Source of the DNA: Candidatus Parcubacteria bacterium
GTDB taxonomy: Bacteria; Patescibacteriota; Minisyncoccia; UBA9983
NCBI GenBank assembly: GCA_003599625.1
Contig: QZIU01000009.1
Location: 1 to 52,762 of the forward strand
Direction: 5' to 3'
DNA: 52,762 nucleotides
The notes under the pieces were generated by a model. It worked only from the letters and a program-made list of their open reading frames with translations, ran no database searches and was not told the DNA's origin. Positions within the stretch are counted from its first letter, which is position 1, and each line of letters begins with the position of its first letter. The translations under genes and the position numbers were made by a program. Below, in pieces: positions 27,759 to 37,112 of this stretch.

Positions 27759-27965
27759 TTACTCCGGCTTCAACGGTATTATCAATACCGCGATAATGTA
27801 AGCTATGATGCCGGGAAGAAAGCCCGTGAAAGCCGTAACTCCTATCCAGATCAATCTCAAAATCGTGGGATCAACATCAAGGTACTCCCCCAATCCCCCC
27901 ATCACTCCGGCAACCATCCTGTCTTTCCTGCTTCGATAAATTTTGTTATTTTTATTGTTGTTCAT
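27759..27965 (-). CDS. pspC: PspC-domain protein
   Basis: YRSRKDRMVAGVMGGLGEYLDVDPTILRL...YI....IIP. Confidence 0.9.
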   Translation of the reverse strand: MNNNKNNKIYRSRKDRMVAGVMGGLGEYLDVDPTILRLIWIGVTAFTGFLPGIIAYIIAVLIIPLKPE

Positions 27966-28005
27966 ATTGGTTTAAAAAACCTTGCTTTAAAAAAATCGTT
28001 CCGCT

Positions 28006-28087
28006 AAATACGCCTTTTTCAAAAGTCCTCGGGTCTCCTCGTCCCGCTTTCAGCGGGACTCGGCCAGACTTTCCCAAAAGGGTATTT
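28006..28087. repeat. REP/MITE-like nested hairpin
   Basis: gtcccgc/gcgggac core, aaagtc/gacttt, and aaatac(g)cctttt/aaaagggtattt outer stems. Confidence 0.65.
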
Positions 28088-28106
28088 CGATCCACTCGCT
28101 ACTTTA

Positions 28107-28703
28107 TCATAACAAATTGAATCGCCAAAGATAATCTCTGCAATGTTTGGCGTAATCAATACCGATCCGCTTTGAGGCTTCTATCTTTTTAGGCGATATT
28201 TTTAACCCTGAATCTTCTATCCATAAATCGCCTGTTTCAACATCCGATCCGTTAAATTTCTTATCTATGCCGAAATATCGGCAAACCCGCCCCGGCCCGT
28301 TTATTCCAACCTGGCGGCCTGACTGCCGACGAGGCAGGGTTGTAATAGTTTTCCATAAGTTGTTAACAGCTTTAGTCGAACTTTCATCGCTAAAAGACAT
28401 TACTCCCCTGATAAGCACAGCGGAAGGATATTCATCCATCTCGGTCACAATGTTGAGACAAAAGTACATCCCGTAGATCATATACACGTAGACCGTCCCC
28501 GCCTCTTTGTACAAAGTTTCCGTTCTTTTCGTCCTCCCCTTCGAAGCATGGCAAGCCAAATCGTCTTCGCCGCGATAAGCCTCCGTCTCAATTATAACGC
28601 CTCTCAAAATCTTATCGCCGTTTTTGACAACCAAAAATTTGCCAAGCAGATTCTTGGCGACTTTGATCGTGTTATCTTCAAAAAAAGACCTATTGAGTTT
28701 CAT
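28107..28703 (-). CDS. DNA-3-methyladenine glycosylase (MPG/AAG family)
   Basis: IIETEAY.G..D.ACH, YVYMIYGMY.CLNIV, NGPG, RIGIDYA. Confidence 0.92.
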   Translation of the reverse strand: MKLNRSFFEDNTIKVAKNLLGKFLVVKNGDKILRGVIIETEAYRGEDDLACHASKGRTKRTETLYKEAGTVYVYMIYGMYFCLNIVTEMDEYPSAVLIRGVMSFSDESSTKAVNNLWKTITTLPRRQSGRQVGINGPGRVCRYFGIDKKFNGSDVETGDLWIEDSGLKISPKKIEASKRIGIDYAKHCRDYLWRFNLL

Positions 28704-29670
28704 GTTTTTTCCTCAGATATAAGGGGTGAGACTCGATGAAAGACAGATACCGTTCCGCCAATCCGGCTTTCTTTATTATAAAATAATAAGCCGTTTTTAT
28801 CAGGGCGCTTTCTATTTCGTAAATGTCCGTCACTTGGGAAGGCCAAGCCGGAGCAATATTGCGATATTCATCATAAACCATCTCGCTCATTTCTTTATTG
28901 CCCAGAACGGCCACGTCAGTGGCAAGCCGCGCGAGAACAAAGAGGTCGTCTCTGGCTCTCCAGATTTTTTTAGGAGGATAAATGTCAATAAAGCAAACGT
29001 TATCATTCAAAAGCAATATATTGTCCGACTGATTGTCTATCGCGGCGGAAGGGCGAGGGCAACGCTTAAAAGAAAAATATTCCTCCTTATCAACAATATC
29101 TTGCAAGAAAGAAATGACTCGGCGCGATGTTTCAAACGGCAAAGCGGGGGATGCCTCATAAATCCATTCAAGCGCCTCGATGTTCCGATTATTAAATTCT
29201 CTCCAGCCTGTCTGAAGAATATCTTCAATCTCTTCTCCGTTTTCCCGGCTTATCGCTTTAAGCCGATTTCCCATCTCCCGAACTACCTTCCTTATCTGCT
29301 CATCTTGCATGCCGCCTTTCCCCAACAAAGTTGTAAGATTTTGGGAATCATCGATCTTGTTCATTAAAATATAAAAATCATCAGCTTCTTCAAACGAGGT
29401 ATTCAAAAAGAGGCCATTATTTTCCTTAAGAGGCTGGAGTTTAATATATATCTCCGGCGACATTCTGTTGTTCCAGTAAAAATCTTGGCGGTAAAACTCG
29501 ATACGTCCGGCTCTGTCCAATTTTGAGATGGAATTTTCCTCCTTTTTGTAAACTTTGTAAACTTTATCGCCGAAGAAAAAAAGTTTGGACAAAAGGGTTT
29601 CGACAACTTTATCCGGATGTCCCGGAACGCCCTCAACTGCCCATTTTTCAAATGCCTCGATCAATGTCAT
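28690..29670 (-). CDS. APH/protein-kinase-like fold protein
   Basis: FFFGDKVYKVYK, NNRMSPEIY, DxxxxN (DNQSDN) and FID motifs; no C-terminal AAA domain. Confidence 0.6.
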   Translation of the reverse strand: MTLIEAFEKWAVEGVPGHPDKVVETLLSKLFFFGDKVYKVYKKEENSISKLDRAGRIEFYRQDFYWNNRMSPEIYIKLQPLKENNGLFLNTSFEEADDFYILMNKIDDSQNLTTLLGKGGMQDEQIRKVVREMGNRLKAISRENGEEIEDILQTGWREFNNRNIEALEWIYEASPALPFETSRRVISFLQDIVDKEEYFSFKRCPRPSAAIDNQSDNILLLNDNVCFIDIYPPKKIWRARDDLFVLARLATDVAVLGNKEMSEMVYDEYRNIAPAWPSQVTDIYEIESALIKTAYYFIIKKAGLAERYLSFIESHPLYLRKKHETQ

Positions 29671-29700
29671 AAGATTATCCTAACAAATATTTAAGACATA

Positions 29701-29732
29701 AAAAAGCCCGACAAGTTTTTGCTTGTCGGGCT
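29701..29732 (-). terminator. Intrinsic terminator
   Basis: agcccgacaag/cttgtcgggct 11-bp stem followed by a T-run on the minus strand. Confidence 0.75.
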
Positions 29733-29746
29733 CGGTCTCAGTGAGA

Positions 29747-30601
29747 TCATCGATCATAACCCAGCGTGTTCAAGGATTCTTTTACAGACACATGCTCGAT
29801 TATTTGCTGAAGTTCATCATGAAAAACTCCATTACTTATAATATGTCCTTCTATGATACCATCATTAATACCATCATCATAGACCAAAGGCTTTCCAAGA
29901 ATATCAGTAGCCTTTCCGCCAGCTTCTTCCACCAGTAAATGCATTGCTGCTGTTTCTAAAGGCTTATTGCCGGGAAAAATCGTGGCATGGATTTGTCCGG
30001 AAGCCACTAACCCGCCAAAATAGGCAATAGATAGAGGACTCATCCAGGTAGCGCCTTGTTTCATTAGCTCATTTGAAACCAGGTGAAGATGATATGGCGC
30101 CTTATTCCAATAAGCAATGCAAACAATGCTTTTTTTAAGCTCCTTATGGCCGGAAACTTGGATTTTTTTTCCGTTTAGGAAAGCGCCCTTATCTTTTTCC
30201 GCCCACCACATCCGTTTAAGAAACGGGTCGTAAATGACGGCCAAGAAAGGAGACCCCCCAACAACCAAGCTTATGCAGAATGTGCTTTCCGGGATACCCC
30301 CAAGAAAAGCCGATGTGCCATCGAGCGGATCGCAGATAATTTTGAAATCACTTCCCCTTACTTCTCTGCTTCCCTCCTCGGAGTATACGCTTATCTCAGG
30401 AAAATCTCTTTTAAAGCGGGACAAGACCAAATCATTTATTTTCTGGTCGATTTCCGTTACTGGCGTGCCATCGTCTTTCCATTCCTTTTTTAGCCCTTGG
30501 GTAAAACCTTTTAATATCATTTTTCCCGCCTCTTCCGCCAATTTTATAAGATATCCATAACTTGGAATACAGATTATCTTTTCCATATTCTTTTTCTTCA
30601 C
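29747..30601 (-). CDS. Inositol monophosphatase family protein
   Basis: SEEG, DPLDGT, EEAGG. GTG start with GGAGG Shine-Dalgarno. Confidence 0.9.
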   Translation of the reverse strand: MKKKNMEKIICIPSYGYLIKLAEEAGKMILKGFTQGLKKEWKDDGTPVTEIDQKINDLVLSRFKRDFPEISVYSEEGSREVRGSDFKIICDPLDGTSAFLGGIPESTFCISLVVGGSPFLAVIYDPFLKRMWWAEKDKGAFLNGKKIQVSGHKELKKSIVCIAYWNKAPYHLHLVSNELMKQGATWMSPLSIAYFGGLVASGQIHATIFPGNKPLETAAMHLLVEEAGGKATDILGKPLVYDDGINDGIIEGHIISNGVFHDELQQIIEHVSVKESLNTLGYDR

Positions 30602-30708
30602 AACAATTCTCCTCCAAAAAAGCTTTTGAGATATAAATTAAGTTTTCAAAGAATTTTTTCCAGGTTACAATTTTGTTGACAAAATGTCAAATTTTATTCA
30701 TATAAAAG

Positions 30709-30744
30709 TTTACACCTCCTAAGCTATAGTAGAAGAAGTGTAAA
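30709..30744. repeat. 36-bp tripartite palindrome (copy 5)
   Basis: tttacac-N7-gctatagt-N7-gtgtaaa. Confidence 0.7.
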
Positions 30745-30790
30745 TAATTTTAAGGAGAATCTTATCAATTTTATTCTTACACTTTTATCT

Positions 30791-31966
30791 CTACGCTTTC
30801 CCCGACGCTTTTTTGACGGCGGAGGCGACTGCTTTGGCCACCCGCTTGTCCAAGGCCGAAGGAATGATGTTGTCCGTCTTCAATTCCATCTTCGGAACCA
30901 GTTTGGCTATGGCGTAAGCGGCAGACAGCTTCATCTCATCGGTGATCGCTTTGGCCCGCGCGTCCAGCGCGCCCCTGAAGATTCCGGGGAAAGCCAGAGC
31001 GTTATTTATCTGATTCGGATAATCCGACCGACCCGTTCCAAAAATAAATATCTTTGCTTTCTTCGCTTCCTCATAGCTGATCTCCGGATCGGGATTGGCC
31101 ATGGCAAAAACGATCGGCTTATCGGCCATTTTCTCCACCATCTGGCCGGTCAAAACATTTCCTGCGGAAACACCGACAAAAACATCCGCGCCGTTCAAAG
31201 CCTCAGACAACCCGCCCTTTATTTTCCCTGGATTCGTAAGCGCAGCCATCTTTTCCTTATATTCATTCATTGACTCCTTTCTTCCCTCAAAAATAATCCC
31301 GGTTTGATCCAACATCAAAATATTCTTGCCGGAAATGCCCGCCCTCATAAACAGGTTGGCGCAAGCCATTGCCGCCGCCCCGGCTCCGTTTATAACCATT
31401 TTGATTTGCCCGATATTTTTTTTGGCCAATTTTAGCGCATTGATCAAAGCCGTCAAAGCCACAATAGCGGTACCATGCTGATCATCATGGAAAACGGGTA
31501 TATCCAGCTCTTTCTTAAGTCTTTCTTCGATTACAAAACATCTTGGAGCGCAAATATCTTCCAGATTTATACCGCCGAATCCAACGGCAATATTTTTTAC
31601 CGTCCTCACTATCTCCTCTTCATCTTGCGTAGCAAGGCAAATCGGAAAAGCGTCCACTCCGGCCAACTCCTTGAACAAAAGCGCTTTCCCTTCCATCACC
31701 GGCATCCCGCCTTCCGGCCCGATATTACCAAGACCGAGAACGGCCGAACCGTCGGTCACCACGGCTACCGTATTGGCTTTGATAGTATGCGTCCACATCG
31801 CTTCTTTATTTCCAGCAACCCATTTGGAAACAGCCGCCACCCCCGGCGTATAAGCCAAAGAAAGGTCTTTTTTGTCTTTTACTTTTATTTTCGGAACGAC
31901 CTCGATCTTTCCTTTAAGTTTTTTATGTAACTTGAGCGATTGTTCTCCGAAGGTGTTTTTTTTCAT
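30791..31966 (-). CDS. NAD(P)-dependent malic enzyme (stand-alone, no PTA fusion)
   Basis: LAYTPGVA, GLGNIGP, MEGKALLFK, HDDQHGTA, GAGAA, NQINNALAFPG. Confidence 0.95.
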   Translation of the reverse strand: MKKNTFGEQSLKLHKKLKGKIEVVPKIKVKDKKDLSLAYTPGVAAVSKWVAGNKEAMWTHTIKANTVAVVTDGSAVLGLGNIGPEGGMPVMEGKALLFKELAGVDAFPICLATQDEEEIVRTVKNIAVGFGGINLEDICAPRCFVIEERLKKELDIPVFHDDQHGTAIVALTALINALKLAKKNIGQIKMVINGAGAAAMACANLFMRAGISGKNILMLDQTGIIFEGRKESMNEYKEKMAALTNPGKIKGGLSEALNGADVFVGVSAGNVLTGQMVEKMADKPIVFAMANPDPEISYEEAKKAKIFIFGTGRSDYPNQINNALAFPGIFRGALDARAKAITDEMKLSAAYAIAKLVPKMELKTDNIIPSALDKRVAKAVASAVKKASGKA

Positions 31967-32023
31967 TTCTAAATTCTAGCAATTTTTTTAGCCCAAAACA
32001 ATTCCTTTAGAGACTTTCAAATG

Positions 32024-32059
32024 TTTACACTTTTGTTGCTATGGCTTAGAAAGTGTAAA
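32024..32059. repeat. 36-bp tripartite palindrome (copy 6)
   Basis: tttacac-N7-gctatggc-N7-gtgtaaa; the stem extends to 10 bp. Confidence 0.7.
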
Positions 32060-32075
32060 ATTATTATTAATAAAA

Positions 32076-33059
32076 TTACGAAACGGCGATCTCCAACATC
32101 CCTTCCTTGTCGTTCCATTTTATGGACGTGTCGAAGGCGCGGCAGAGGAGTTCCATTTTTGAGACGATTTCTTCGGCTTCTTGGCCTTTGGCCAGCTTGG
32201 CCTGGAAGTCGGCTATTTTTACCGGATAAAGCAATATTCTTTTTATTTCAGCATTGTGTCCGGTTTCAACGATAAAAATGAACGATTGATCATTCCTCTC
32301 TATCTCATCCACGGCGTAATCATTAATGAAGTCTCCGGCGCTATAGATAATGGGTTTCTTTTTGTAGATTTCTATACCTCGAAAAACATGGGGAGAATGT
32401 CCGAAAATGATGTCGGCTCCCGCGTCTATGCAGCACTTGGCAAAGGGAATATGACACCTCTCCGGCAGGTGCCCCCAATTCGGCCCCCAATGACAGGAGA
32501 CGACCAAAATGTCGCAGCTCTTTTTTAGAATCCTTATTTCTCTGAAAAATTTTCGAGCCTCGATACCCCCTTCGACTATCGGGACGTAAAATATTCCGGG
32601 CTTGTTTTCTTCCGCCGCCCATTCTGGTTCATTGTCGGTCAAGGCGAGAAAACCGATCTTAAGTTCGGCAATTTCGGATATTGCCATCTCTTTGGCTTTA
32701 CTCAGGTTTTTTCCCGCCCCCGCGCGGCAAATACCGTTCTTGTCCAAAATAGCAATCGTTTCTTTCAACGCTTCTTCGCCATAATCGAAAGCGTGATTGT
32801 TAGCTAACGAAACGGCGTTTATTCCGGCCGCCTTTAAAACTTCGATATTTTCCGGATCAGAACGAAAATGAAACGCCTTTTTCGTTATTTCCCACGGAGC
32901 GCCCTTATCCGATACGACGCATTCCAAATTGCACGCCCGCCAATCGGCCGTTTTAAAAATCGGCAAAGTGTCGCCCCACGGATAGCCCGGGGATCTTGCC
33001 TTTAAAATATCGTTTACCACCCGACCCAGCATTACATCGCCGACAAAAAGAAGTCGCAT
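32076..33059 (-). CDS. CapA-family metallophosphoesterase
   Basis: GDVMLGR, NLEC, LANNH..DYG, HWG, GHSPH, YSAGDF. Confidence 0.9.
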   Translation of the reverse strand: MRLLFVGDVMLGRVVNDILKARSPGYPWGDTLPIFKTADWRACNLECVVSDKGAPWEITKKAFHFRSDPENIEVLKAAGINAVSLANNHAFDYGEEALKETIAILDKNGICRAGAGKNLSKAKEMAISEIAELKIGFLALTDNEPEWAAEENKPGIFYVPIVEGGIEARKFFREIRILKKSCDILVVSCHWGPNWGHLPERCHIPFAKCCIDAGADIIFGHSPHVFRGIEIYKKKPIIYSAGDFINDYAVDEIERNDQSFIFIVETGHNAEIKRILLYPVKIADFQAKLAKGQEAEEIVSKMELLCRAFDTSIKWNDKEGMLEIAVS

Positions 33060-33071
33060 AATTATTTTAAC

Positions 33072-35585
33072 TCATCCGATCCTCAATAATCTTTGCCGTT
33101 CTATTCTTTCGATTGCCGCGGAAATATCATTTTTCTTTTCCAGAATCTCTCTCCACGGATCTCCTTTCTTTTCTATCCTCTGGCGGATGTTGAAAATATT
33201 GAAATCGGAAGGTTTTATTTTTCCACTCAACTCTTTCCAGACCAAAGGAGTCGAGACGGGCGCGCCGTCAAGCGGCCTGACGGAATAAGGGGCCGCGACC
33301 GTCTGGCCTTTTACATTCTGCAAATAATCGAGATAAACTCTGCCCCTTCTTCTGTCGGGAAGCCTCTCGAGGCTCGTGATCTCGGGAATCCGGCGGTAAG
33401 TCATATTGGCGATAATCTCGGCAAAATTCCTGCCTTGCTCATAAGTGTAATTTTCTTTCAGCGGGATGTAGATGTGAAGGCCTTTGGCTCCGGAAGTTTT
33501 GCACAATCCGAATATTCGCAGCTCATCCATGACCTTCTTCACCTCAAGAGCCACGGCCAAAACTTTGTCAAAATCCACCTCAAGCGGATCAAGATCAATA
33601 ACGACATGATCGGGACTGTCCGGAGAAAAATATCTGGAAAGCCATGGATGAATTTCGATGCAACCAAGATTAGCCATGTAGATAAGAGTCGCCCTGTTCT
33701 GGCACAGAAGATAGGAGATTTTCTTCTTTTCCGATTCAGCCCGAATATCGACGGTCTCAAGCCAGTCGGGAGAAATGCCCTTGTCTATGTCTTTGTGATA
33801 AAACGCTGGCTTTTCTATCCCCTCCGGAAATCGATGCATGGTTTCCGGTCTGTCTTTGATATAAGGCAGAATATGCGGCGCGATCTGATCGTAATAATTT
33901 ACCAGATCTTTTTTGGTGTACCCGTCTTTCGGCCAGTAAACTTTATCAAGATTGGTAAGAATGAGTTTCTTGCCATCGATCATAATCTCTTCTTCTTTTT
34001 CTTTAAGGCGATAATACCTGGGTCGCGGACGAGGCTCGCCGCCAATTAGCATAGAAAATTCTCTGACAACTTCCTTCGGGTCCTTATCTTCTCTTAATCC
34101 AATAAAAACTGGCTGCCTCATAACGCCATCCTTTGTCCATTCCCGAAATTTGATCTCGCATACGAGCTGCGGCTCAAGCCAAACTGCCGGTTCGTTTGTT
34201 TGCGGCGTTTCGATAAACGGAGAGTCCTCTCTTTTAAATCCGCTCATCTTTTCATAAAGTTCTTCTGCCGTTTTAGAATCAAAACCGGTCCCAACATGCC
34301 CGATGTATCTTAAATTATTATTCTCGTAAACCCCGAGGACTAGAGCGCCGAAATATCCTTGCCCCGCTCTTGGCAAAGTAAAACCGGCAATGACCGCTTC
34401 CTGTCTTTGCTCCGTTTTTATTTTTAACCAATCCGCGCTTCTTGCTCCCGACCGATAAGGACTGTTGAGATTCTTTGCCATCATGCCCTCCAAACCCTGC
34501 CGCCGGATCGCTTCAAAAAATCGCTGTCCTTTTTCTTCGACATAATCGGAAAGTTTAACGGAGGCAAGATCGTACTTGGAAAACAACAACCGCAAAAGTT
34601 CCCTCCTGTCTTTCAGGGCAAGTCTCCTGACATCTCGCCCGTTTAAAAAAAGCAGATCGAAAACAAAATATATCACTTGACCCTTCCGGTCGCGGCGATA
34701 ATCCTGAAGCGTCTGGAAGTCCGGTTTTCCTTCGTCATTCAATGCCACGATCTCTCCGTCCAAAACAACTCCTTCTTTAATTACTTCAAAGGAGGAAGCA
34801 ACCGTCGGATAATCTTCGTTCAACAACACATTTTTGCGGGAGTATAGTTTCGCTTTGCCGCCGGAAACGAATGCCAACGCCCGGTAACCATCCCGCTTCG
34901 GCTCGAATATCCAGTCTTTCTTGTCGAAGGCTCTATCGGCCAACTTGGCAAACATCGGCTTGACGCTTGCCGGTTCGGGAGGGCTTTCTTCGGAATTTGC
35001 CAAACCGACCTCCTCCGTTTCCACTTCTTCCACCGTTCTTCCGCTCTTTACCGATCTTTCATCAAACTTAATATTTTCATCGGCGTACTCGTCTCTTTTC
35101 TTGATCATCAGCCAGGCATTGTCTCCCCCGCGAGCCATTTTTGCCAGGGCGAATTCTCCTTGCAATTTTTTCCCCGCTAAAATTATCGTCAATCGGCCTT
35201 TATTTATGCTGTCCAAAACTTTCTCGTCAAAAGTTTTTCCCTTGCCGCTTTTTATTTCATAAGTTCCCTCATCCCATACTATCACCGGGCCAGCCCCGTA
35301 ATTTCCCTCCGGTATCACCCCTTCGAATGAGCGGTAATCGAGCGGATGATCTTCCACCATCATTGCCAACCTCTTGTCCGCCGGATTCATGGAGGGGCCT
35401 TTCGGCACCGCCCAGCTCTTCAAAACGCCGTCCGCTTCTATTCTGAAATCATAATGAAGCCTGGAAGCGGAATGTTTTTGGATCACGAAATGATATTCAT
35501 CCGCGACTTTCGGGCGGACAGGCTTTGCCGCCGGTTCGCGCGTTTTTTTGAAATTCCTTTTCCTGCCGTATTCTTCAAGGATCAT
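33072..35585 (-). CDS. ligD: DNA ligase D (phosphoesterase-ligase-polymerase)
   Basis: QKHSASRLHYDFR (PE), EPKRDGYR (ligase KxDG), DLDP and KTSGAKGLH (PrimPol). Confidence 0.96.
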   Translation of the reverse strand: MILEEYGRKRNFKKTREPAAKPVRPKVADEYHFVIQKHSASRLHYDFRIEADGVLKSWAVPKGPSMNPADKRLAMMVEDHPLDYRSFEGVIPEGNYGAGPVIVWDEGTYEIKSGKGKTFDEKVLDSINKGRLTIILAGKKLQGEFALAKMARGGDNAWLMIKKRDEYADENIKFDERSVKSGRTVEEVETEEVGLANSEESPPEPASVKPMFAKLADRAFDKKDWIFEPKRDGYRALAFVSGGKAKLYSRKNVLLNEDYPTVASSFEVIKEGVVLDGEIVALNDEGKPDFQTLQDYRRDRKGQVIYFVFDLLFLNGRDVRRLALKDRRELLRLLFSKYDLASVKLSDYVEEKGQRFFEAIRRQGLEGMMAKNLNSPYRSGARSADWLKIKTEQRQEAVIAGFTLPRAGQGYFGALVLGVYENNNLRYIGHVGTGFDSKTAEELYEKMSGFKREDSPFIETPQTNEPAVWLEPQLVCEIKFREWTKDGVMRQPVFIGLREDKDPKEVVREFSMLIGGEPRPRPRYYRLKEKEEEIMIDGKKLILTNLDKVYWPKDGYTKKDLVNYYDQIAPHILPYIKDRPETMHRFPEGIEKPAFYHKDIDKGISPDWLETVDIRAESEKKKISYLLCQNRATLIYMANLGCIEIHPWLSRYFSPDSPDHVVIDLDPLEVDFDKVLAVALEVKKVMDELRIFGLCKTSGAKGLHIYIPLKENYTYEQGRNFAEIIANMTYRRIPEITSLERLPDRRRGRVYLDYLQNVKGQTVAAPYSVRPLDGAPVSTPLVWKELSGKIKPSDFNIFNIRQRIEKKGDPWREILEKKNDISAAIERIERQRLLRIG

Positions 35586-35609
35586 TTTTGATTATTCCGC
35601 CGCTAGCTG

Positions 35610-36386
35610 TTAAGGCGAAGGTTTCGTCTTCTCCAAACTGGCCTTCAACATCTTAAGGAGATCTTCGGCCCTGGTGGGAACGGGCAATTCTTTCGAGGCG
35701 GGAACGATCATTTCTCCTTTGGCTTTCTTCTCGATTATCTCTCTCAGCTCGCCGGAATAAGTGTCATGATATTTTTCCGGTTCGAACGGCCCGGATAGAT
35801 TTTCTATAAGTTTTAACGCCGCTTCGACCTCGCTTTCGATAAATTCTTCTTTCGGCAGCTTGAGAGAAGCGGGGTCTCTTATCTGATCGGAGTATCTTAA
35901 TTTGTGCAAGATCAACAAATTAGCGTCCGGCTTGATGACGCACAAGATTTCTTTATTCCGCAAAACGAATTTTCCGATAGCCGCTTTCTTCGACCTCTTC
36001 AGGGCTTCTCTCATCAAGGTGTAAGCTTTTTCCGCCCCCTTGTCCGGCTCAAGATAATACGGCTTCTCGTAATATTTGCTTTCCACTTCGTGATCGTCCG
36101 CGAAATTCGATATATCTATCGTCTTTGTCTTTCGCACATCCACACTGTCGAAATCTTCCCGAGTAAGAATGACGTAATTCCCTTTCTTGTACTCAAAACC
36201 TTTGACAAGATCTTCATAAGAAACTTCCCGCCCGTCTTTGGAGCAAATCCTCGCGTATCTGATCGGATACGAATCCTCGCGGTGAAGCAAATGAAATTGA
36301 AACTCCCTTTCTTCGGCAGCGCTGTATAATTTAATAGGTATATTGACAAGGCCAAAACTTATCGATCCGCTCCATATGTCACGCAT
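35610..36386 (-). CDS. ku: Ku protein (NHEJ)
   Basis: W.GSISFGLVNIPIKLYSA, KGFEY, KPYYL. Start reset to ATG 36386. Confidence 0.96.
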   Translation of the reverse strand: MRDIWSGSISFGLVNIPIKLYSAAEEREFQFHLLHREDSYPIRYARICSKDGREVSYEDLVKGFEYKKGNYVILTREDFDSVDVRKTKTIDISNFADDHEVESKYYEKPYYLEPDKGAEKAYTLMREALKRSKKAAIGKFVLRNKEILCVIKPDANLLILHKLRYSDQIRDPASLKLPKEEFIESEVEAALKLIENLSGPFEPEKYHDTYSGELREIIEKKAKGEMIVPASKELPVPTRAEDLLKMLKASLEKTKPSP

Positions 36387-36511
36387 ATTCAATACCCGCC
36401 CCCGAAGCGGATACAAAAGAGGTAACTCCTCGCGGAAAATATTGGTATTATTTTAATATATTATTCTGATTCCACCGCATAACCCTGATAAAGGGGGGGA
36501 TAGCAAAGAAA

Positions 36512-37039
36512 TTAAGAGTTAGATAAAAATTTGTGGATCCGCTGGATAACCTCGTCTGGCAAGATGTTGGTGGTGTCCACCGTCAGATCGAAAGAATCTT
36601 CGGAAAGATCCGACAAACTGATTCCGTAGAGTTTGGCGTATCTTTCATTGGCGCTTTCTTCTCTGGCAATGGTTTTTTGCTTGGCTTCATCGAAAGGGAT
36701 ACATTCGCGGGCGGCAAGCCTTTTGATTCTCGCGTCGAAATCGCAAGCAAGCCGGATCTTCACAGAATCAGGGATGAACCTCCACCCCAAGCGGCTTTCC
36801 AAAACAAAATTATCGTTTTCTTTGCCGAACTTGGCAATATATTCGTCCCTTTCCTTGTCGTAAACCAAATTCGTCCGGCACATTTCTTCAAAAGCGTAAA
36901 ATTCGTATCCAAGATCTCGCGCCGTTTTTCTAGCCATATCTCCGCCGGAAAGAAAGTTGAATTTCAGATCGTCCGCCAGTCTCTTTCCAACGACCGACTT
37001 GCCAACTCCCGCCAAACCGAAAATCGTAATTTTTGCCAT
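36512..37039 (-). CDS. cmk: Cytidylate kinase (archaeal-type family)
   Basis: GLAGVGKS, SGGDMAR, VLESRLG, RYAKLYGI, DLTVDTT. Confidence 0.8.
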   Translation of the reverse strand: MAKITIFGLAGVGKSVVGKRLADDLKFNFLSGGDMARKTARDLGYEFYAFEEMCRTNLVYDKERDEYIAKFGKENDNFVLESRLGWRFIPDSVKIRLACDFDARIKRLAARECIPFDEAKQKTIAREESANERYAKLYGISLSDLSEDSFDLTVDTTNILPDEVIQRIHKFLSNS

Positions 37040-37112
37040 TAGTAAAAATATCTTTAATCGTTAATAAAAAGATATTATCAGAAAAAAGCGATTATGCAAA
37101 AAAGTCTTCCAT

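Noticed and set aside
30709-32059. 36-bp palindromes as CRISPR repeats
   Set aside because: Only two copies, 1.3 kb apart, with different inner sequence, a gene between them and no cas genes.
33093-34049. 318-aa plus-strand ORF, and similar ones at 19128..19793, 28726..29367 and 37167..37757
   Set aside because: Antisense shadows of well-supported minus-strand genes, with no recognisable motifs.
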